Assembly: GCA_018268785.1 (NCBI GenBank)
Contig: JAFDVY010000004.1
Span: forward strand, 24,735-88,734
Direction of reading: 5' to 3'
Length of the DNA stretch: 64,000 nt
From: Acidobacteriota bacterium
GTDB lineage: Bacteria > Acidobacteriota > Terriglobia > Acidiferrales > UBA7541
The position numbers were made by a program, and so were the translations under genes. This document shows, piece after piece, positions 57,105 to 64,000 of the stretch; within the stretch, counting starts at the first letter, position 1; each line of letters begins with the position of its first letter. The notes under the pieces are model-generated. The model worked only from the letters and a program-made list of their open reading frames with translations. It did no database searches and was not told where the DNA came from.

Positions 57105-57839
57105 TTACTTTGTGAAGATCAACGTGCCGAAATGTTCGGGCACATGGTTGGGGTCGCGATTGACGACGCAGGTTTGCTGCCAGCACATGAAATGGCGCAC
57201 GGGGTCTTCGCCGAGGCCGTCAATGCGATACAGATTGACGCGCCATTTTGTGCCGGGCTTGATGGGCTGCTGGCTTACGGATTTGAGAGGAACGCGCGCC
57301 GCGGCGTACCAAATATGATTTTTTTCGTCGATTCGGCCCTGACGCTGCCAGCCGGAATTCCATTCGGCGGTGGACTTGTCCGTTCCCAAGTCGATGTCCA
57401 GATCAACCCAATCGCCGGTCGGAGCAATTTCAAATTCCTTGTAGCGCTTGATGTTCGTCCAATCGTCGCCGAGGAAAAATTCGACGACGTCGCGATCCCA
57501 AAGTTTGAGGCGGTCTTTGCTGTTATCGGGGGGGAGCCAGAGATTGAGTTCGGTGTATGGAGAAATGAACAGAAGATAGAGATCGTCGCCGGTCCAAAAT
57601 GCACGGACTTCCGTTTTGAGTTTGGGATAGTCGAGTTTTTGCGAGCAGTCTTTTTCGATCCAGGTGGTCGCGGCGTGCGCCCAAGTTGGCGAATGCGGGT
57701 CGGTGTTCAATTCGGGCGCTTTTGCGACGTACGGAACCGAAAACACGGCGAATGGGGCCGAGACTTCGCAGGCCTCGTAGGCGACGGCTGCGAGCGGCAT
57801 CAGAAGCAAGGAGAAAACAAGCATTTTCGTGAGTTTCAT
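57105..57839 (-). CDS. Secreted carbohydrate-binding family 9 / DOMON-like protein
   Basis: Signal peptide. The pattern W..D.VEFFL...EFEIAPTGDWVDLDID...WRVNLYR resembles CBM9-like domains, from memory. Confidence 0.55.
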   Translation of the reverse strand: MKLTKMLVFSLLLMPLAAVAYEACEVSAPFAVFSVPYVAKAPELNTDPHSPTWAHAATTWIEKDCSQKLDYPKLKTEVRAFWTGDDLYLLFISPYTELNLWLPPDNSKDRLKLWDRDVVEFFLGDDWTNIKRYKEFEIAPTGDWVDLDIDLGTDKSTAEWNSGWQRQGRIDEKNHIWYAAARVPLKSVSQQPIKPGTKWRVNLYRIDGLGEDPVRHFMCWQQTCVVNRDPNHVPEHFGTLIFTK

Positions 57840-57843
57840 GCGA

Positions 57844-59484
57844 TTAGGGGCGGGGCGCGTTTCTCAACTCCGGCGAAATCTGAAAAGCCTTTTCAAATTC
57901 CGCGCTTGCCGCCTCCTCCTTTCCATCTTGTTTGAGAGCAATAGCAAGGTTGTAGTGGGCTTCCGCGTAGCCGGGTTTGAGGCGAACGGCTTCGGAGAAT
58001 TCGGATTGGGCTTTGCGCGGGTCGCCGGATTGCAGGAGCACGAGGCCAAGATTATTGTGCGCTTCGGCGAAGTTTGGTTCGCGGCGGAGGAGTTCGCGGA
58101 AGACGTTTGCGGCTCCGTTGAAATCGTTCTTTTGCGCGAGAACCAGGCCCAATTGAATTCGCGCGTCAGTGTACTTGGGATTGAGGCTGATGGCTTGTTG
58201 CAAGTCAGGGATGCTTTGATCGAGCGCTCCGGTTTGCGCGAGAGCGAGGCCCAGATTGTAATGGGCTTCGGCCAAATCCGGATCAGACATGACGGCATTG
58301 CGAAATTCGGCGATTGCTCTCTGGGAATCGTTTTGGCGCCAGTAGATGAGGCCGAGGCGCGAATGTGCTTGCGCGTAATCGGGCTGGAGGTCGAGCGATT
58401 TCTGGTAAGCGGCGATGGCGCCGGGGATGTCGCCCTTTCGCTCGCGAACGATGCCGAGGTAGAAGTGGCCGGTGGGAAGAGTGGGGCTTTTCTCGATGGA
58501 TTTTTCGAAGAGAGATTGCGCTTCGTCGAGATTTTGTTTGTCCAGCGCGCTTACGCCGTCGAGAATCAATTTTTTGGATTCCGCGAGGAGAGAACGAAAC
58601 TCGTGGAGTTTGCTTAGTTCTTCGAGTTCTTTCTTGGCTTCGGCGGTTTGGCCCTGAGCGCGCAGGGCGAGGCCCAGGTTGTAGCGCGCGTCTTCCAGAT
58701 CTGGCTTGAGCTCAATCGCCTTTTGAAACGCGGCGATGGCGCCGGCGATGTCACCGCCAGCTTTCAATTCCTTGCCGAGATTGCTTTGCGCGACAGGATC
58801 GTTTGGATCGAGTTCGACGGCTTTGCGAAATTCGGAGAGAGCTCCCGCATGATTGCCCTGGCGGCGAAGCACGACGCCGAGCATGAGGTGCGCAGGAGCA
58901 GACTGCGGGTTCATCTGGATCGCGGTGCGAAATTCCAAGGCAGCGGCAGATAAATTGCCAAGCTGACCTTCCGCAAGGCCTTTTTCGAAATGGAGATCCG
59001 CGGAAGGCTTGATCGCCAACGCTTTTTGGAGCTCGGTTTTTGCGGCGAACGAATTGTTTTCCTGGGCGTAAATACGCGCCAGCAATCTGTGAGCGCCTGC
59101 ATTGGCGGGGGCCAGCGCGATTGCCCGGCTTAGCTCCTTTTTCGCGGCATCGAAATCGTGCAAATCATAGAGAGAAGATGCGAGGGCAAAATGGGCTTCG
59201 GCCCATTTCGGTTTGAGTTTTAACGCAGCCTGGAACTCGTCAACGGCCTGGTGAGAATCGCCTTTGTAGGTGAGAGCGAGCGCCAAGTTGTAGTGCGTTT
59301 CGGAATCGTTGGGTTCGAGTTCGAGCGCCTTCTGGTAGTTCACGATGGCCTGATCCCAGGATTTATTGCGAGAAAATTCCAGAGCGCGTTGCCGATAGTC
59401 TTGCGCGGACTGCGCAAGAGAAATCGAGCAGGCGAATAAACCAATCACGAGAAATCGAAAAAGCGGGCCCATGCAACGAAGCAT
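57844..59484 (-). CDS. Secreted TPR repeat protein
   Basis: Signal peptide, then about 14 consecutive 34-aa TPR units (A..Y.KAL.L.P....AH.NLG...). Confidence 0.8.
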   Translation of the reverse strand: MLRCMGPLFRFLVIGLFACSISLAQSAQDYRQRALEFSRNKSWDQAIVNYQKALELEPNDSETHYNLALALTYKGDSHQAVDEFQAALKLKPKWAEAHFALASSLYDLHDFDAAKKELSRAIALAPANAGAHRLLARIYAQENNSFAAKTELQKALAIKPSADLHFEKGLAEGQLGNLSAAALEFRTAIQMNPQSAPAHLMLGVVLRRQGNHAGALSEFRKAVELDPNDPVAQSNLGKELKAGGDIAGAIAAFQKAIELKPDLEDARYNLGLALRAQGQTAEAKKELEELSKLHEFRSLLAESKKLILDGVSALDKQNLDEAQSLFEKSIEKSPTLPTGHFYLGIVRERKGDIPGAIAAYQKSLDLQPDYAQAHSRLGLIYWRQNDSQRAIAEFRNAVMSDPDLAEAHYNLGLALAQTGALDQSIPDLQQAISLNPKYTDARIQLGLVLAQKNDFNGAANVFRELLRREPNFAEAHNNLGLVLLQSGDPRKAQSEFSEAVRLKPGYAEAHYNLAIALKQDGKEEAASAEFEKAFQISPELRNAPRP

Positions 59485-59528
59485 ATCAGGCGGAGCGACT
59501 CAATGCGCTCCGCCTGACAGCTCGAAGG

Positions 59529-62500
59529 TTACCAGTAGAATTTGGCGCTGATCTGACCGATGCGCGGAGGCTGAGCGCTGGTAACTATTCCAAAGGAGCT
59601 GGGGTCATTAATATTGCCCCCGGGGTTGTTAAATTGCGCGTGATTGAAGATGTTGAAGAATTCGACGCGAATATCAAAGGCGATTGCTTCCTTGATCTGC
59701 GTCCTCTTCAGGAACCCGAAGTCGGAATTGTTAAATCCAGGGCCGTGAAAGAACCTGCGGTTTGAAGTGCCAAATGTTCCAAATGTCGAGTTTGGAGCAA
59801 ACGCACCGGGCAGGAAGTAACATCCGGTCCCCGAGCCTGGTGTGTTGGGGTCATAAGTTGGGCAGGCGGTATTCACTTTGCGGGGGTCCAAGATTTGCAC
59901 GGGCCCCACGCGATCAGGCATGTCCGTGGCAGGACTGCCAGTTAAGGAAATGTCATCGTTGGATTGGTTCATTTGGATCGGAAATCCCGTCGCGAACCGG
60001 GTGATTCCCTGCATTTGCCAGCCTTGGGTCAGGCGCTTCGGCAAATTCTTAAACGCCCGATCGAACGGAATGGCCCAAACGTAGCTGACCACGAAATTGT
60101 GGGTTATGTCTGAGGAGGAAAGGCCACGACTTAACTTTGGATTTGCGAAATTCACCAAATCGCCGAAGGCGGAGGAATCATCTATTGCTTTGGAGAAGGT
60201 GTAAGCCGCCAGGAACGTGAAATCGTTGGCTTTGCGTTCCACAGTGATTTCGCCGGCATGATAGATGGAATTGGCGGTGGTCAGCGTGTTGGTGTTGCCG
60301 GAGCCGAAACAGATCTGCGCTCCACCTGCGCAGAAATTGGGGTTCAGGAGCGTGTGCCGGGTGCTGTAAACACATCCCGCAAGGGGCACTGTCGTTGGCG
60401 AGTCACAAGGAACGGCTGCTGAGGGCAGTTGGAAAACATCGTTCTCCTGGCCTGGCCCACAGCCCGCACTGCCGCCGTTGGTGACATCGATGGCACCTTG
60501 CGCGGTCAGTTGCTGACAGAGAGCGGGATCGCCGGGATTGGATTCGTTCTGCGTGATCAAATGATGACCACCTGTGCCCACGTAGGCCAACGTCAGCACG
60601 GTTGATTTGCTCAACTCGCGCTGGATGGAGAAATTGAAGTGCTCGCCGTAGGGCAAACGGTTGTGAATGTTGTAGCCGGGGAAAAAGTTAAGTGGCTCGT
60701 AAACCGAAAAATCGAGAGTTTGATTCGATGGAGCGCCGGGAATTGGCGCAGTGAATGGGAAGCGCTGTCCCAGAGGGGCGCCACTTGCCCGAATCCTGAA
60801 TGGCTCGTCGAACATCACGGAAACGGGCGAGGTCCAGTAAAGTCCAAACGGTGCATCCGCAACTTCGTAGAAGAGGTTCAAGTCTTCCACCGACGTGTAA
60901 TAGATGCCGTAAGCAGCGCGAATGCTGGTCTTGCCGGGACCGCCAAAAATCTTGCCGAGCGGCCCATCACTAAATCCGGGCGAATAGGCGAACCCGAGGC
61001 GCGGAGCAAAATTTTTGTACCTTGTTGGGGCAAGGGTCTTGGGAATCCCCGGGTCACCGGGGAAAACCAAACCCGTCGGGGAAAGCGGGAATACCTTAGA
61101 TTGCAATCCTGGCACGAAGGTCTGAATTTTTCCCTGCGTGTCATACCAGGGCATGCTGACTTCCCAGCGCAAGCCGAGGTTCAACGTGAGGTTGGGCTTC
61201 ACCTTCCAAGAATCCTGCGCAAAGGCGCCGCCATAGCGTGTGCGTGAATCCAAGAGCTGCAGGGCCGCTTGCGTGTATGGGCCGTTGGAACCGACGTTGG
61301 AAGTGGCACCGAGAAGGAAATCGGCAACGTCGCTTCCTGTTACGGTGCCATCGAAGACAAATTGGCCGTTCGGGCTGGCGTAGTTGCGTTCGTTCACCTG
61401 CAAGTAGCGGAACTCTCCGCCGAATTTCCAAGTATGTTTTCCTATGCTCTTCGAGAACGCATCGCTTGCCACATAGGTCGTGTTGGGCTGAAACGTATTC
61501 AGAGTGGGGTAACCAAGATTCAGGCCAATCAGGCTCATGCTGATCTGTGGCGCATATTCCTTGTATCCGGCAAGAGGAATGATTCCGAAATTGCCTCCCG
61601 TCACGAAACCAAGGGAAGCCAGGGTAGGAAACGCTCCAGCGGGATTGTCCTTATGCAATGCAGTCCGGAAAAAGCTAACCCGGGCTTCGTTCACGGCAGT
61701 GGTCCCAATCGTCTTGATGTTGCTCATCACGAATGTTTGCGCACGCGAAGAAGTCGAAGCCGGGAATCCCGGCACATTGGCGAAACCAGCCAAGGCGTTA
61801 TTCACGGTGGTGTTGTCAATGTGGTAGTACCAAGACCAGTTTCCCGTTTTTTGATTGTTAAGATCGACGCGCTCTCCAAATTTGTTGTCCGTTGTAGAGT
61901 TCTTGCCGCTGTTGTCTACGAAATTGTTCTGGCTCGCTGAGTTCGTCGCATTGGGGATTAATGGAAGATAGTTGGTGGATGGCGTTGCCCACGCGTTTTG
62001 CGGAATCGAGCCACCGGCAAATACGCACTGGCCGATACTCGGACCAGTTGCCGGGCAGGGATCCAAGCGGTAGCCCAATACCGGAACGCTCGGATCAATA
62101 ACCTTGATCTGGGCGTACGGTTCTCCCGGATTCACGGTGTACCCAAGCCTGCTCGAAAGGACCTGAGCCCAATAAGACCCATCGACAGAGGTTGGTATTG
62201 GATTTCCGTTGCTATCCGTGGCGGTAAAAAGAGTGGGATCAATATTGCCTTGTCTCTGATCGGCCGTCAGCACCGTTGCGACGGTTTCCGCACCCTGGAC
62301 TTCTCGCGTGCCTTGATAGTCCGAGAAAAAGAAGAGGTGATTTTTCCAGACGGGACCGCCAAGGACGTATCCGAACTGGTTGCGCCGCAGCTCGGACTTA
62401 CCGCCGAAAAAATAGTTCTTGGCGTCAAACTTGTCGTTTCGCAGGAATTCGAAAACGTCTCCGTGAAAGCTGTTTGTGCCGGACTTTGTGATCGCGTTCA

Positions 62501-63245
62501 TTACGGCGCCGCTGAATTTTCCATATTCGGCGTCGAAGCTGTTGGTGATGAGACGAAACTCCTCGACCGAGTCCAGGTTGGGAACCAAACCCGCTCCCAG
62601 GTTGCGGCCTTCGCTGACATCGCCGCCATTCACAAGAAATGCGTTGGCCGTCTCGCGCTGGCCGTTGACGGAAATATTTCCTGGGTTCAGGCCGCCAGAA
62701 ACCGGCCGATCCTGCTGGATAGAACCTGAAGTAGCCGGGGCGACGCCCGCTTGCAGACCCAGGAGATCAATGTAACTGCGGCCGTTGAGCGGGAGCGCCA
62801 GCATTTTCTTGGAGTCGATCACATCGCCAAGCTGTGTGTTTTCCGTTTGTACCTGGACGGCGTTGGCTGAGATTTCGACTTTTTCGTTTACATTGCCGAC
62901 GTCCAGCACGATGTCAAAACGCAGCTGGTCGTTTACCTTGAGGACGATGCCCGTCTCATCGAATGGGCGGAAGCCATTCGCGGTCAGACTCAGTCTGTAA
63001 GTTCCAACGGGAAGAACGAGGAAACGGAACGTTCCGTCTGCCGCCGAAACGGTCTCCTGCGAAAAATTAGTTTCCGCATTGGTGACAACAACCTTGGCGC
63101 CGGCAACGACTCCCTGCGAACGGTCCTTTACCGACCCCAAGATGGAGCCTGTTACGTCCGCACGCGCAGCGCTTGCGCCGACGAAAGCAATCGAAATAAA
63201 AAGAAGTAAAAGTCTTGCGATGAAAGACGACTTGACCATAGACAC
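59529..63245 (-). CDS. TonB-dependent receptor with an N-terminal CarboxypepD_reg-like domain
   Basis: Signal peptide. The Ig-like DVTGSILGSVKDRSQGVVAGAKVVVTNAETNFSQETVSAADGTFRFLVLPVGTYRLSL, then a plug, then a very long beta-barrel. Aromatic C-terminus ...SAKFYW. Confidence 0.9.
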   Translation of the reverse strand: MSMVKSSFIARLLLLFISIAFVGASAARADVTGSILGSVKDRSQGVVAGAKVVVTNAETNFSQETVSAADGTFRFLVLPVGTYRLSLTANGFRPFDETGIVLKVNDQLRFDIVLDVGNVNEKVEISANAVQVQTENTQLGDVIDSKKMLALPLNGRSYIDLLGLQAGVAPATSGSIQQDRPVSGGLNPGNISVNGQRETANAFLVNGGDVSEGRNLGAGLVPNLDSVEEFRLITNSFDAEYGKFSGAVMNAITKSGTNSFHGDVFEFLRNDKFDAKNYFFGGKSELRRNQFGYVLGGPVWKNHLFFFSDYQGTREVQGAETVATVLTADQRQGNIDPTLFTATDSNGNPIPTSVDGSYWAQVLSSRLGYTVNPGEPYAQIKVIDPSVPVLGYRLDPCPATGPSIGQCVFAGGSIPQNAWATPSTNYLPLIPNATNSASQNNFVDNSGKNSTTDNKFGERVDLNNQKTGNWSWYYHIDNTTVNNALAGFANVPGFPASTSSRAQTFVMSNIKTIGTTAVNEARVSFFRTALHKDNPAGAFPTLASLGFVTGGNFGIIPLAGYKEYAPQISMSLIGLNLGYPTLNTFQPNTTYVASDAFSKSIGKHTWKFGGEFRYLQVNERNYASPNGQFVFDGTVTGSDVADFLLGATSNVGSNGPYTQAALQLLDSRTRYGGAFAQDSWKVKPNLTLNLGLRWEVSMPWYDTQGKIQTFVPGLQSKVFPLSPTGLVFPGDPGIPKTLAPTRYKNFAPRLGFAYSPGFSDGPLGKIFGGPGKTSIRAAYGIYYTSVEDLNLFYEVADAPFGLYWTSPVSVMFDEPFRIRASGAPLGQRFPFTAPIPGAPSNQTLDFSVYEPLNFFPGYNIHNRLPYGEHFNFSIQRELSKSTVLTLAYVGTGGHHLITQNESNPGDPALCQQLTAQGAIDVTNGGSAGCGPGQENDVFQLPSAAVPCDSPTTVPLAGCVYSTRHTLLNPNFCAGGAQICFGSGNTNTLTTANSIYHAGEITVERKANDFTFLAAYTFSKAIDDSSAFGDLVNFANPKLSRGLSSSDITHNFVVSYVWAIPFDRAFKNLPKRLTQGWQMQGITRFATGFPIQMNQSNDDISLTGSPATDMPDRVGPVQILDPRKVNTACPTYDPNTPGSGTGCYFLPGAFAPNSTFGTFGTSNRRFFHGPGFNNSDFGFLKRTQIKEAIAFDIRVEFFNIFNHAQFNNPGGNINDPSSFGIVTSAQPPRIGQISAKFYW

Positions 63246-63719
63246 CCCCCTGCGGCCCGTACCTTGTCATGGGGGCTGCGCATGAGTCAAGAAGAGGAAC
63301 GCCACGTTCTCACTGGATGAAAATTGCTTTCTGGGAGGAAGGACGCTCGTCAAGTGATGACTCGGCAAATTACACAAAAGGCCAGCAATTTCAAAAGAAA
63401 AGCAAAGAGATTTGTAAGCAGAACAGACAAGCCACAATGAAAATTGACTCGACCGGTTGGAGCAATTTGACTCCAGCGCATGGCGATTTGGACGAAAAAC
63501 GCAAAGAGGCCAGCGCGTATAAAGAGAATAGGTTCAAATGGGCAGGAATGGAAAGGATGGCCGGGGGAAAATGGCGTGCGGGCTAAAAGTTGTACGGGCA
63601 GATGGCTGCAACCTGAATTGAGGCGTTGTTTGGAGCGCAACGGCTGACGAGGGTTCGGCGCTGAAGATTGGCGCTACGGAATCAAAAGACAGAAAACGCG
63701 TGGAAGGGGTTGAAAAGAA

Positions 63720-63797
63720 TGGTCGGGGCGAGTGGATTTGAACCACCGGCCTCCTGCTCCCGAAGCAGGCGCGCTAGCCAGGCTGCGCTACGCCCCG
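63720..63797 (-). tRNA. tRNA-Pro (anticodon CGG), CCA encoded
   Basis: The reverse complement folds by hand: acceptor CGGGGCG/CGCCCCG, D arm GCGC-AGCCTGGCTA-GCGC, anticodon arm CCTGC-TTCGGGA-GCAGG, T arm GGTGG-TTCAAAT-CCACT. Length 78 nt. Confidence 0.9.
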
Positions 63798-63900
63798 ACA
63801 ACCGACACGGCAAGACAGAGGAGCCTCGCCGCGGGAAGTTTCAGAGTAACACACGGACGCGCTGCGGCCAAGAACAGGGCGTATCCATCTGCGATTGGAT

Positions 63901-63937
63901 CCAAAAGCAAAACGCCGGAGAGCTTGCGCTCTCCGGC
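63901..63937 (-). terminator. Rho-independent terminator of a gene entering from the right edge
   Basis: GCCGGAGAG-cttgcg-CTCTCCGGC, followed on the minus strand by GTTTTGCTTTTGG. Confidence 0.55.
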
Positions 63938-63964
63938 AAGGGAATGAACGGCTTTCGGCCACGC

Positions 63965-64000
63965 TCAAAAGCTCAAGCGCAGTGCGAATTCCATCACGCG
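63965..64000 (-). CDS. 3' end of an unidentified gene (only 11 codons visible)
   Basis: The minus-strand frame reads ...RVMEFALRLSF-stop. A terminal Phe is typical of outer-membrane beta-barrels, and a terminator follows. Too short to name. Confidence 0.25.
   Translation of the reverse strand, partial: RVMEFALRLSF

Noticed and set aside
63269-63586. A 105-aa plus-strand ORF, and a 96-aa minus-strand ORF (63350..63640), in the TBDR upstream region.
   Set aside because: Composition is Lys/Arg/Gly-skewed or low-complexity. No RBS or family signature, and the region is AT-rich and non-coding in appearance.
1-64000. A check for CRISPR arrays, rRNA, transposases/IS elements, integrases, toxin-antitoxin pairs and known defence-system cores.
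   Set aside because: I saw no regularly spaced direct repeats, no rRNA-like sequence, and no DDE/tyrosine/serine recombinase signatures in any listed ORF. Nothing resembles a recognisable defence-gene combination. This check was by eye only, so short or degenerate elements could have been missed.

Overview
This is a 64-kb, moderately GC-rich chromosomal segment. Gene content suggests an Acidobacteriota (Terriglobia-like) genome: a CarboxypepD_reg-type TonB-dependent receptor and many TPR or secreted hypothetical proteins. That assignment is inference only. I make 56 CDS calls (two of them partial at the window edges) and two tRNA-Pro calls. I see no rRNA, CRISPR array, transposase or integrase. 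The ORF track accepts GTG and TTG starts and reports the longest frame, so I trimmed many N-termini to the first start that has an RBS, signal peptide or family-typical N-terminus. One real gene (1..1440, minus strand) is missing from the track because it runs off the left edge. Left to right the window holds: a lasso-peptide-type RiPP cluster (cyclase C, protease B2, PqqD-like B1, divergent ABC-2 exporter) with no recognisable precursor gene in view; queC-queE-(small membrane ORF)-queD; a DinG helicase; an ECF sigma / anti-sigma pair; housekeeping genes (der, surE, tRNA-Pro); an M16 peptidase pair; a GGDEF protein; a LacI-GH2 module; glpK-glpF; and a reductive pyrimidine-catabolism cluster (preT-preA-dihydropyrimidinase-NCS1 permease-aminotransferase, plus a divergent cytosine deaminase). 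The most unusual part follows: two neighbouring loci in which enzyme families that are normally cytoplasmic all carry export signals. These are a Tat-RidA, an RraA-like protein, a Tat SelA-like PLP enzyme and a fused triple-RidA. They sit beside a PQQ dehydrogenase, a dihaem cytochrome c, a lactonase, a sugar-acid-type MFS transporter and a TonB-dependent receptor. Non-coding structure includes a ~120-bp dispersed repeat present twice in inverted orientation 32.8 kb apart, a 38-nt short repeat present twice, and a 19-bp perfect inverted repeat plus a second hairpin inside the que operon.
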